DNA of 64,000 nt from Acidobacteriota bacterium (GTDB lineage: Bacteria; Acidobacteriota; UBA890; WLXD01). The translations under genes and the position numbers were made by a program. The stretch spans positions 1,000,106-1,064,105 of the forward strand of contig CAXWPL010000004.1 of assembly GCA_963666215.2 (NCBI GenBank). Direction: 5' to 3'. Shown in pieces: positions 52,652-62,364 of the stretch; positions within the stretch are counted from its first letter, which is position 1; each line of letters starts with the position of its first letter. The notes under the pieces were generated by a model that worked only from the letters and a program-made list of their open reading frames with translations, searched no databases and had not been told where the DNA came from.

Positions 52652-53837
52652 GTTGGTAGAGCTCCAGGAGGTCGTCTTCAGCGACCTCGCGTGGGTTGTG
52701 GCGTGCAGTCCATTGGGTAGCGGCTTCGGCGGCGAGCGCCGGCAGCGCCGCCGCTTCGACGCCGTGGTCTCGCAGGCGCAAATCGACGCCGGTGGAGCCC
52801 CAGAGGTTCTCCAGGGCGTCGGCGAGCGAAGTGGCGTTCTGTACCGGCGCTCTCTCCAGCAAATCGTCATAGCCGTCGGCCGCCACCGCTTCGTTGTAAC
52901 GCACGACGTGCGGCAGCATCATCCCTACGGCCAAGCCGTGGGTGATGTTGTAGCGTGCGGTCAACGGATTGGCGCAGGCGTGCGCCGCCCCCAGCATCGA
53001 GCACTCGATGGCGGCGCCGGCGAGATGTGCCCCGAGCAACAGGCGGTTGCGAGCCTGCGGATCGCTGGCCACGCGCCCCTCGGCCACGACGCCGAAGCTG
53101 CGAGCGAGCAGCAACCACGCCTCGCGTGAGTACGTCTGTGAGATGGGGTTGCGAGCACTCGATACGTGGCTTTCGACGGCGTGCGAGAGGGCATCCATGG
53201 CGGTTGCCAGCGCCACCTGCCGGGGCACGGTGACGAGCAGCGCCGGGTCGAGAATCACTTCTGTGAATCGTGCTTTGGGATCGCCGCACGCCATCTTGTT
53301 GTGCGTATCGGCCTGCGCGATCAGCGCGAACGACTGCGCCTCGCTGCCGGTTCCAGCGGTTGTGGGGATTCCCACCGAGGGCAGCATAGGCAACTTCGCC
53401 TTGCCGTAGCCCCAGTAGTCGCCGATGCGGCCGCCGTTGGTGAGCACGAAGTTGACGCCCTTGGCGACGTCCATCGGACTGCCGCCGCCGAATCCGACGA
53501 TGCCATCAACGTCGAGATCACGGGCGAACCGCGTGGCCGCATCGACGTGGGCAGTTGTTGGGTTCTCCTCGACTCCGTCGAAAACGAAGGCCTCGCTGCC
53601 CGTGTTCCGCAGCTCCTTGATTGAATGGTCAACGGCACCTGTGCCACGGACGCCGGCGTCGGTTACAACGAGAAGTCGTTGGCAGCCCAGCTGAGCGACG
53701 ACCTGGCTCAGCTGTTGCGAAGCGCCGTCGCCAAATCGCACGGGTACGGACCCCACAACGGCACGCCAGGCCTCTCCTACCTCTCTGGCCGCCACGGCGG
53801 ACGCGCCCGCACGAACCGCTTGCGAAGGATTGCTCAA
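52641..53837 (-). CDS. Iron-containing alcohol dehydrogenase
   Basis: VTDAG, GGGSPMDVAK, PTTAGTGSE, DALSHAVES, HGLAVG. Confidence 0.93.
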   Translation of the reverse strand: MSNPSQAVRAGASAVAAREVGEAWRAVVGSVPVRFGDGASQQLSQVVAQLGCQRLLVVTDAGVRGTGAVDHSIKELRNTGSEAFVFDGVEENPTTAHVDAATRFARDLDVDGIVGFGGGSPMDVAKGVNFVLTNGGRIGDYWGYGKAKLPMLPSVGIPTTAGTGSEAQSFALIAQADTHNKMACGDPKARFTEVILDPALLVTVPRQVALATAMDALSHAVESHVSSARNPISQTYSREAWLLLARSFGVVAEGRVASDPQARNRLLLGAHLAGAAIECSMLGAAHACANPLTARYNITHGLAVGMMLPHVVRYNEAVAADGYDDLLERAPVQNATSLADALENLWGSTGVDLRLRDHGVEAAALPALAAEAATQWTARHNPREVAEDDLLELYQHAY

Positions 53838-54111
53838 GGGAGTTCGACCTGTGGGCGTGGTCGCGGCAGGGAGAGGAACGGCCGGGCAAAGCGGCCTGAC
53901 TGCTTGGGCGGGGCGCCACTCAGAAAAGTACCACAGCTGGCATCCATGTCCGCGGTCGTCGGCGTGGGCTCGAGCACGGGCGGTCGCCGTCGGCCGTAGC
54001 GGACCTCTCCGGACCTTCGGGCCGGGTCGGATGAGGCGGATATGCTCCGAGTGACGGGTCGAACAGGGTCAGCTTCCGGCAAGAAGTAGCATGTGCGGGG
54101 TTCCCTACGAG

Positions 54112-55520
54112 GGGGATGTCCCACCGTCCGTTGAACTAAGGCGACGGTGAAGTGGTTGGGGATTGTTACGCAGTACGGCGCTCCTGCTCAAGGGGAACGT
54201 CGACGGCGGTGTTGAGTACGGCATCGAGCTTGGCGATGTCGCGGTAGCCACGAACCCTCCGGAACTTGCTCTCGGCCTCGATGAGTGCAGTAACCGCCCA
54301 TCGAACGATCATGCTCCCGGAGCGCCACCGCTTTACGTTGCGGCTGACGTGTTTGATCGTCCCGTTCAGGTTCTCGATCGTATTCGTTGAACGTAACGTC
54401 CGAAGCAGCGGCCCCTGAACTCGGAGCCGAGTGACGGTGAGCGTCTCTTGCATTCCTTCTCTGAGCGAGGCCGCTGCACCGGGGTGATCGGTCTCCAGCT
54501 CCTTGACCACGGCGTCGAGCTGCTTGGTCGCTGCCGTGGCCGTCTCCGCCTTCCACGCCTTGCGGATCTTGGCTGCGAACCAGGGCCGGATATGCCCTGG
54601 CAGATGCTCCAATACATTCTTGATCTTGTGGACACGGCAGCGCTGGATCAGGGCCCACTCGCCGAACGTGTCGCGCACTGCTTTACGGAGGCCCTTGGAG
54701 CCATCGATTACCACCAACCGCGCCCGTTCGACGGGCATGCCGCGCTCGATCAACTGCCGCAGCAGCGACCGGCACACGTGGGAGCTCTCCGTGGTGCCCT
54801 CTACGACACCCAGCACATGCTTGACGCCGTCCGCGTCGATGCCCATGGCGATCACCAACAAGTGCTTGCCCATGTGCGTGCCGTCGATCACCAGCACCGG
54901 CAGGTCCACTTCATTGAGCGGTTGGGCCAGGTACTGCTGCACCTGCTTGGCTGTACGCGCTACGAACCGCCGCGACACACTCGAGCGACTCGTTCCCGAC
55001 GAAGCTCGCCCGTCGTCGAGCCGCTCTAACGAGCGCTCGTACTTGCGCGTCGTGACGCCGCACAGGATCTGCTCCACGGCGCGCTCTTCGAGCGGATCTG
55101 TTGCCTTGAACCTCTCCCAGTGCGGCAGCGGCAGCTCTTGGCCATCGACGCTCCGAGCCCGCGGCTTGCGTACCTTGACCCGCCGGCCGCCCATCACCAG
55201 CGAGCCCTCGTCGTAGCCGTGTCGGTACGCCCGCCGCTGCTGTGACCGCGCGTAGCGCTCTCCGCAGAGCTCCGCCCGGTCTTCTTCCAGCAGCGAACCC
55301 AACACCCCGAAGCCCGCGTCCATGACCAGCGCTCGTAGATCCGATCGCGCCGCTACCACTGCCTCCAGGAGCGGGTTCTCTTGGCGCTCCGCTTTCCTAC
55401 TTGTCTCTGTTCTGCGACTCTTGCTCATGACGGTGATCCTCCATGCCAGTGGATTGACCCCGACACACTATCGAGGTCGGATCACCGTCACCCTTTTTCA
55501 ACGGAGCCTGTGACATCCTC
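54112..55520 (-). mobile_element. IS256 family insertion sequence, copy 1 (1409 bp, no target-site duplication)
   Basis: Imperfect ~39-bp terminal inverted repeats GGGGATGTCCCACCGTCCGTTGAA... / ...TTCAACGGAGCCTGTGACATCCTC; flanks CCTACGAG and GACAATGC differ. Confidence 0.92.
54166..55428 (-). CDS. IS256 family transposase
   Basis: IDG, VIDGSKGL, QRCRVHK, RSTNTIENLN (DDE, Mutator type). Confidence 0.95.
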   Translation of the reverse strand: MSKSRRTETSRKAERQENPLLEAVVAARSDLRALVMDAGFGVLGSLLEEDRAELCGERYARSQQRRAYRHGYDEGSLVMGGRRVKVRKPRARSVDGQELPLPHWERFKATDPLEERAVEQILCGVTTRKYERSLERLDDGRASSGTSRSSVSRRFVARTAKQVQQYLAQPLNEVDLPVLVIDGTHMGKHLLVIAMGIDADGVKHVLGVVEGTTESSHVCRSLLRQLIERGMPVERARLVVIDGSKGLRKAVRDTFGEWALIQRCRVHKIKNVLEHLPGHIRPWFAAKIRKAWKAETATAATKQLDAVVKELETDHPGAAASLREGMQETLTVTRLRVQGPLLRTLRSTNTIENLNGTIKHVSRNVKRWRSGSMIVRWAVTALIEAESKFRRVRGYRDIAKLDAVLNTAVDVPLEQERRTA

Positions 55521-55967
55521 GACAATGCCGGCCCGAACTGATTCTCCGGCACGACACCAACGGCCATCACAACCGTATCGAATCCGTTCAGGACGAGATG
55601 ACCTGGGACTGAGTCTTCCCGCGGCGTCCAGCCGAGCCGGAGCTGGCTGTGCCCGTGGACCGCTCTTTTGGTCTCCAGTCCACCTTGCTCGCACCTCCGG
55701 GGCGCCCGCCGGCTCTGCCACCGTTCGTCCGCGTTGTGTTCAGCCCGCTCTGCTGCCAGACTGCGCCTGTTTCCGGTTCCGCCACGTGTCTCATGATGCG
55801 TCCGAGCCCCCTCGTCAGAATGCAATTTCCTAGCCCCTGACACGGCTCTCCCGCGTCCGTGTGAGGCGGGACGGAGTTCTCATGGAAACGCTCGCGTCTC
55901 CACTTGCGGGAGCACGACGGCCTCTTGGACACAACGACCAAGTCTGAGAGAGAACGGAGGATACGAG

Positions 55968-56969
55968 ATGAAACCGGGGAAGAGAGCTCAACGGGGACTC
56001 AGTCGGAGGGATTTCGTCAAAGGAACCACGGTGGGCGGCGGTGCTGCGGCGCTCGTGGGACTCGGCACGAGGCAGGCAAGAGCCACGGAAAGGACCGGGC
56101 GAACCGGAGGGCCCATCATCGATTTTCGCGTTCAGCCACCATACAAGAGCTTTCTGGGAATTCACTTCTTCCGGCCGAGACCTTCGGAGGAAGATCCCAT
56201 CGCCGGCAATGCCTTCAGGAAGGGCCACTGGCCGATACCCTCCTTTGAAGAGCAGTCCATCGAGCTTTTTGTCGGCGAGATGGACGAGGCAGGCATCGAC
56301 GTGGCTGTAGCCATGGGACAGCAGACCGGCGAGCGAGGCGGGAGCGCCGACAACGACGACATTGCCAGCCTGATTGCGCAGTATCCCAGTCGATTCGTCG
56401 GATTCGGCGGAGTGGATCCGCTGGTCGAAGGAGCCGTGGACGAGTTGCACCGCTGTGTGGAGGATCTGGGGTGCCGTGGCATCTCTATCACGCCCGGTTG
56501 GAGCGACCCACCACTCTACGATGATGACGTCAAGGTCTACCCCATTTACCAAGCATGCTCTGCCCTCAAGGTTCCAGTAGTGCTCACCAGCAGCCACTAC
56601 ATTGGTGCTGACATGAGCTACTCGATGCCGACGCACATCCAAAACGTGGCGCTCGACTTCCCGGAACTGCCGATCATCGTGGGCCATGGTTGTTGGCCAT
56701 GGACCATGCAGGCATGCGCCATGGCCATGCGCTGCCGCAATGTGTACCTCATGCCCGAAATCTACTTGCTCCCACCTGACATGCCAGGAGCTGACGACTA
56801 TGTTCGGGCTGCGAACAGTTATCTTTCGCACCGCATGTTGTTTTCGTCCTGCTATCCGACGCTGACCCTTCAGCAGGCCGTTGAGGGATTGCGGGCACTA
56901 CCGTTAAAACCCGGATCTCGAGAGAACATGCTGTGGCACAACGGTGCCAGGATCCTGGGCCTTGACTAG
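55968..56969 (+). CDS. Tat-exported amidohydrolase family 2 protein
   Basis: SRRDFVKG twin-arginine motif; EMDEAGID, YPIYQAC, FPELPIIVGHG, NGARILGL. Confidence 0.88.
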   Translation: MKPGKRAQRGLSRRDFVKGTTVGGGAAALVGLGTRQARATERTGRTGGPIIDFRVQPPYKSFLGIHFFRPRPSEEDPIAGNAFRKGHWPIPSFEEQSIELFVGEMDEAGIDVAVAMGQQTGERGGSADNDDIASLIAQYPSRFVGFGGVDPLVEGAVDELHRCVEDLGCRGISITPGWSDPPLYDDDVKVYPIYQACSALKVPVVLTSSHYIGADMSYSMPTHIQNVALDFPELPIIVGHGCWPWTMQACAMAMRCRNVYLMPEIYLLPPDMPGADDYVRAANSYLSHRMLFSSCYPTLTLQQAVEGLRALPLKPGSRENMLWHNGARILGLD

Positions 56970-56982
56970 TTGTGAGTTCTAG

Positions 56983-57244
56983 CAGGCTGCTGAAAAACTC
57001 CTCACGGGGCCGTACTGACGAAGATTCGGGCGAGAGCGAAACACGCAACGCACGCGCGTCCGCGAGAAATGCCGACGCCGACGAAGGCGCCGCGTCTTCG
57101 GAACTCTTTGGTTCTACGGGAGTTGCTGGAACCTGTGGCTTTGGGCGTCGTCGACAAGCCGAACGCGGTGCCACCTCTGCTGTCTCCTTGCCAAGCGTCG
57201 GCAGGGGCCCACGAAGGGTCTCCGGAGAGTTTTTCAGCAGCCTG
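56983..57244. mobile_element. 262-bp MITE with perfect 18-bp terminal inverted repeats and CTAG duplication
   Basis: CAGGCTGCTGAAAAACTC (56983-57000) / GAGTTTTTCAGCAGCCTG (57227-57244); CTAG at 56979-56982 and 57245-57248. Confidence 0.9.
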
Positions 57245-57581
57245 CTAGGTAGGTTGTTCATGAACTCACCCCTGGGAGCCGAGCCATCGGTACTGTCATG
57301 CCGATGCCGGCGTGGGGTCTGTGGCGATTGTAGTGGTTGACCCAAGGCTGCAGAGCTCGAGTGCGTCGTGCAGAGGTCTGGTAGCAAGTGCCGTAGGCCC
57401 ACTGCTCCTTGAGCGTGCGGATGAAGCGTTCGGCTTTGCCGTTAGTTCTGGGCGTATACGGCCGCGTGTAGATGTGCCGGATCTGGAGTTGATGGCATAA
57501 GCGATTGAATCGCTTCGAGACGTAGCCGGGTCCGTTGTCTGTCATCACTCGGCGCACCGCTACTCCCATCGAAGCGAAGTG

Positions 57582-58989
57582 GGGGATGTCCCACCGTCCG
57601 TTGAACTAAGGCGACGGTGAAGTGGTTGGGATTGTTACGCAGTACGGCGCTCCTGCTCAAGGTGAGCGTCGACGGCGGCGTTCAGTGCGGCATCGAGCTT
57701 GGCGATGTCGCGGTAGCCACGGACCCTCCGGAAGTGGCTCTCGGCCTCGATGAGCGCGGTAACCGCCCATCGAACGATCATGCTCCCGGAGCGCCATCTC
57801 TTTACGTTGCGGCTGACGTGTTTGATCGTGCCGTTGAGATTCTCGATCGTGTTCGTTGAACGCAACGTTCGAAGCAGCGGCCCCTGCACTCCGAGCCGGG
57901 TGACGGTGAGCGTCTCTTGCATTCCTTCTCTGAGCGAGGCCGCGGCACCCGGGTGATCCGTCTCCAGCTCTTTGGCCACGGCGTCGAGCTGCTTGGTCGC
58001 TGCCGCTGCCGTCTCCGCCTTCCAGGCCTTGCGGATCTTCGCCGCGAACCAGGGCCGGATATGCCCTGGCAGATGTTCCAAGACGTTCTTGATCTTGTGG
58101 ACACGGCAGCGCTGGATCAGGGTCCACTCGCCGAACGTGTCGCGCACTGCTTTACGGAGGCCCTTGGAGCCATCGATTACCACCAACCGCGCCCGTTCGA
58201 CGGGCATGCCGCGTTCAATCAACTGCCGCAGCAGCGATCGGCACACACGTGAACTCTCGGTGGTGCCTTCTACGACGCCCAGAACATGCTTGACGCCGTC
58301 CGTATCGATGCCCATGGCGATCACCAACAGGTGCTTGCCCATGTGCGTACCGTCGATCACCAGCACCGGCAAGTCCACCTCGTTGAGTGGTTGGGCCAGA
58401 TACTGCTGCACCTGCCGGGCGGTACGCGCTACGAACCGCCGCGACACACTCGAGCGACTCGTCCCGGATGAAGTTCGGCCTTCGGGCAGCTGCTCCAACG
58501 AGCGCTCATACTTGCGCGTCGTGACGCCGCACAGGATCTGCTCCACGGCGCGCTCTTCGAGCGGGTCGGTGGCCTTGAACCTCTCCCAGTGCGGCAGCGG
58601 CAGCTCTTGGCCATCGACGCTCCGAGCCCGCGGCTTGCGTACCTTGACCCGCCGGCCGCCCATCACCAGCGAGCCCTCGTCGTAGCCGTGTCGGTACGCC
58701 CGCCGCTGCTGTGACCGTGCGTGGCGTTCTCCGCATAGCTCAGCTCTGTCTTGCTCGAGCAGCGACCCCAACACCCCGAAGCCGGCGTCCATGACCAGAG
58801 CTCGTAGATCCGATCGCGCCGCTACCACGGCCTCCAGCAGCTTGCCCTCTCGGCGCTCCGCTTTCCTACTCGTCTCTGTTCTGCGACTCTTGCCCATGAC
58901 GGTGATCCTCCATGCCTAGTGGATTGACCCCGACACACTATCGAGGTCGGATCACCGTCACCTTTTTCAACGGAAAGCGAGACATCACC
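57582..58989 (-). mobile_element. IS256 family insertion sequence, copy 2 (1408 bp, 8-bp TSD)
   Basis: Same IR family as copy 1; GCGAAGTG duplicated at 57574-57581 and 58990-58997. Confidence 0.95.
57635..58897 (-). CDS. IS256 family transposase (isoform of copy 1)
   Basis: 420 aa, highly similar but not identical to 54166-55428. Confidence 0.95.
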   Translation of the reverse strand: MGKSRRTETSRKAERREGKLLEAVVAARSDLRALVMDAGFGVLGSLLEQDRAELCGERHARSQQRRAYRHGYDEGSLVMGGRRVKVRKPRARSVDGQELPLPHWERFKATDPLEERAVEQILCGVTTRKYERSLEQLPEGRTSSGTSRSSVSRRFVARTARQVQQYLAQPLNEVDLPVLVIDGTHMGKHLLVIAMGIDTDGVKHVLGVVEGTTESSRVCRSLLRQLIERGMPVERARLVVIDGSKGLRKAVRDTFGEWTLIQRCRVHKIKNVLEHLPGHIRPWFAAKIRKAWKAETAAAATKQLDAVAKELETDHPGAAASLREGMQETLTVTRLGVQGPLLRTLRSTNTIENLNGTIKHVSRNVKRWRSGSMIVRWAVTALIEAESHFRRVRGYRDIAKLDAALNAAVDAHLEQERRTA

Positions 58990-59801
58990 GCGAAGTGCTC
59001 GACGGCTCGTTGCAGGAACGCCGTGCAGGTGTGTTGGTCCTCGGCAGGCAGCACCTCGACGTACGCCACCCGTGAGTGATCGTCGATAGCGACGTGTGCG
59101 TTCTCCCAACCGACGCCGTAGGCCTTCCGAGAGCGATCGCCATGGATGCGGTGCCCCGGTCGTCGGATGCGGGCCAGATTCTTGGTGTCCAGGTGCAGTA
59201 GGTCACCGGGGCTCTTGTACTCGTAGCGGACGATCTCGGGCTTGGGCTCGAGGGCATAGCCTGCCTAGACCCAGTCGGCTCAGCCACGCGGAGACGGTCG
59301 AGCGCAGCACAGCCAACCTCTCGCTGATCTGCCAGGCCGTCAGTCGCCGCCGCCGCAACTTGTCGATCTGCCGCACAACTCCAGTGGCGGTGTGGTGCGG
59401 ACAGCCCTGCGGCCGGCTGGATCGATCCAAGAGCCCCGCTTCACCTTCTTGCTCGTATCTACCCAGCCACTTGTAGACCGTTCGAGTCGACACGCCCAGA
59501 GCCGCCGCCGTTTCCGTCACGGGCTCCGCCCGCTCCCGGACTCGGCGGACCATCTCTCGGCGTATATACGGCGTCGTGCGGGCGTTACCATGCAGCTGCA
59601 TCGGGCGCTCCTTCTGAGGTCGTGGAGTCTTTTGAACAACCCCATTGATCTCAGAAGTGAGCCCCGATGTGAACAACCTACTTAGAAAACACAACTAGCG
59701 CGACGTGGATCTACCCTGCGCATGGATGCGGCTGTCGCGGCTCTTGGCCACGTATTCGTGACCGTTGTGCACTAGCTCGAGGACCGCTAGCCTAGGCGGC
59801 C

Positions 59802-59879
59802 ATGCTAGGCAGGCGACTCGGACCCTACGAGATCATCGACCGCCTCGGTGCTGGCGGTATGGGCGAGGTGTATCGGGCG
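59802..59879 (+). pseudogene. N-terminal 26 codons of a Ser/Thr protein kinase
   Basis: MLGRRLGPYEIIDRLGAGGMGEVYRA (glycine-rich loop), then unrelated sequence. Confidence 0.85.
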
Positions 59880-62364
59880 CACAGCTTGCGCTACTTCCGG
59901 TGTGCAGCATCGCTGCTCGCCATCCTGCTTGCCTCTGGCTGCTCGGGCCTTGACCCGGGCCAGCCGCCGATGACGGCCGAGGTTCCCCTGCACCTGGAAG
60001 ACCATCTGGACGTAGCCATGATCCAGGGGTCGGAAGTGCCGGCAGACCTTCCTGAGGTGCTGGAGTGGCGCTTCGACGAACCCCAGCCGGACTGGAAACC
60101 GGTTGGGTTTGCGGAATCCCAGCCAGCACGGTTGACGCAGCTCGACGATGCAATGCGCGTCGACATAACCGAAGCGAACTACCGCACGGCCCAGAGCGGG
60201 CGCCGGTCACATGAGGGGTGGGTCTACATCGACCTGCCCGACTTGAGACCCGAGGATTGGGCCTACGTCTCGGTGCGTGCGCGAGCTACTCAGCCAGCAG
60301 TCTCTGATATAGGACTGTGGTTCAACCTGACTGATCAGTCTGACCCCTCCCAGACTCCTGACTCAGAATATGCACCGGCCGGCGGCTGGCGGTTGAGGTA
60401 TTTCGGAGATGACGCACCTCTCATCACCGACGGCTTGGTACACACGTACCTCCTGCACGTCAGTCGGGAGGAGGACTGAGATGAACCGTGGACGCAGCTC
60501 GGCCTGCGGATCCGTGTGGGATCGCAACCTGGAGGCGTACCAACCAGCATTGACTTTCTTTCGGTCAGTCTCATCCCGAAGGAAGCTGCCTACGCTGACG
60601 CAGACGTCGGCGTCACCCCAACATTCAGCGGCAACCTCCAACGACGGGCGCTGTACACGCATGCGCCAGCGCGCTTGGAGTACTGCGTGCATGTACCCGA
60701 CGGCGGACGTTTCGACGTTGGGCTGGGGGTTGTTCGCGACGACGTGCCAGTGGATTTCGCGATTACGGTGCGCCGGCTCGGTGGTGACGCCGTCACGCTC
60801 CTGGAGGAAACGTACTCCGGCAGCGTGACGCCGTCACGCTCCTGGAGGAAACGTACTCCGGCAGCGATTGGGCACAGCGTAGCGTGGATCTGATCCGCTT
60901 CGAGGGTGAAGCGGTGGACCTGGTGCTGACCGCGACGTCGGATCGGGTTGGGACCCCGGCGCTCTGGGTCGCCCCCACGCTCAGCGGTTCAAGAAACACC
61001 GGCAAGCCGAACATCATCTTGTACGTCATCGATAGTGCGGGCGCAGACTTTATGAGCGTCTACGGCTACAACCGTCGGACGACGCCGTACATCGCACAAT
61101 TGGCGGCCGAGGGCGCGGTCTTCGAGCATGCCTACAGTAATTCGGAGGGAACGCCTTCTCCCACGCGTTCTTTCGTGACGTCGCTACACGACAGCGTTCT
61201 CGGCGGCACAGGTGGCAGAGGGCTCCCTGAACAGGCGATGACGATGGCCCAGCACATGAGGGCCGGCGGCTATCAAACGGCTATGTTGACCTCGAACCCC
61301 AACGCGGGCACCGCGACGGATCGAGGCGTGGATACGTATCGCGACGCCTATGCCGGGGGGGTGAACTCCGCCTCGTCGGTGGAACTCCACCGGGCTTACT
61401 GGAACTGGCGGAGTGCCTCCCCGGGCGAGCCGTATTGGGTGCATTTCCAGACCACCGACGTGCACGCGCCGTTTCACCCGGTGGCTCCGTTCGCGGGTCT
61501 GTTTATCAGCCCCAAACTGCGCGAGACGTACTACCGATGGGAGAGCCAGCTGCGGAGTGCGAGGAGTGCCGGCGGCTCCGGTCTGGGCAACTATGACGCC
61601 GCGGGGGTCAGCCGAGTCGCGCACGCCCATGCCGAGCAGGGACTCTACGACGAGACCATGGCCCACAACGACTACCAGATCGGCCGGTTGGTGGAGCGTC
61701 TCAAAGCGGCCGGTGAGTGGGAACACACGCTCTTGATCGTGGCCTCTGATCATGGCTATCCGGGTGCGAGTCGCCGACGCCTCGATCCGATGCCGCCTGC
61801 CGGGCAGTGGGCACTGCTCAGGCCTCACGTCACCCGCGTTCCACTGATCGTCGTCTGGCCGGAGCGCATTGCCTCAGGACAGCGTTTTTCTGATCCTGTC
61901 TCCATGATCGACGTTCTGCCGACGATTCTCGATCTTGCCGGTCTGCCGATGCCCGACATCATGCAAGGGCAGTCCCTCGCACCCTTACTGCTGGGGACGG
62001 ACGGGTGGGAACCACGGCCCGTGATCTTGATGACTTCCGTGTTGATCGACAGACGGGGGAGCTCCGGGGCCTGATCGAGGTGATCGACGGACGCTGGGGT
62101 GCGTCGCTGGAGATCAACCCCGACCCGGACGAGGAAGAGGAACAGCGCCCGGCCTCCCTGTTGCTCTACGACCTGTGGAACGACCCGCACGCCTTGAGCA
62201 GCCTGCATGAGGAACGGCCTGACCTGGTGGAGAAATATACGAAGTTCCTCGAAGCGCAGTTCGAGGCGCACCAGTTGCTGGCGCAGCAGTTCACCCCCGG
62301 CGAGGAGTCGCCGTACACCCCCGAGCAGCTTCGGACGCTGCGGGCGCTTGGCTACATACGGTGA
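59880..62364 (+). pseudogene. Sulfatase-like lipoprotein with in-frame TGA (60477-60479), 41-bp duplication and frameshift near 62029
   Basis: Lipobox ASGC; KPNIILYVID, RRTTP, DVHAP, LYDET, IVASDHG, VPLI, SMIDVLPTILD, LYDL, LRALGY. Confidence 0.88.
60784..60865 (+). repeat. Perfect 41-bp tandem duplication
   Basis: GTGACGCCGTCACGCTCCTGGAGGAAACGTACTCCGGCAGC at 60784-60824 and 60825-60865. Confidence 0.97.

Larger units (their letters stand above)
57258..59601 (-). pseudogene. IS481 transposase split by IS256 and frameshifted near 59258
   Basis: MQLHGNARTT HTH N-terminus; PGDLLHLD; AIDDHSR; TDNG...TRPYTPRTNGKAERF. Confidence 0.92.
56971..59693 (-). mobile_element. IS481 family element, interrupted by a MITE and by IS256 copy 2
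   Basis: TGT...ACA ends; left IR TGTGAGTTCTAG|GTAGGTTGTTCA matches right IR (revcomp TGTGTTTTCTAAGTAGGTTGTTCA); flanks ACTAGT / ACTAGC. Confidence 0.88.

Noticed and set aside
53838-54092. Long in-frame upstream extension of the Fe-ADH through a TGA
   Set aside because: Low-complexity Arg/Pro/Ala translation typical of GC-rich non-coding DNA; no motif or SECIS support
54112-58989. Composite transposon formed by the two IS256 copies around the amidohydrolase
   Set aside because: Copy 2 has its own 8-bp duplication inside IS481, the copies are diverged isoforms, and the outer flanks share no duplication
60477-60479. Second selenocysteine codon or TGA=Trp genetic code
   Set aside because: No Cys-type redox motif or clear SECIS; the gene has two more lesions; TGA ends many normal genes in the window
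60784-60865. CRISPR array
   Set aside because: Two adjacent copies with no spacer, inside coding sequence, and no cas genes
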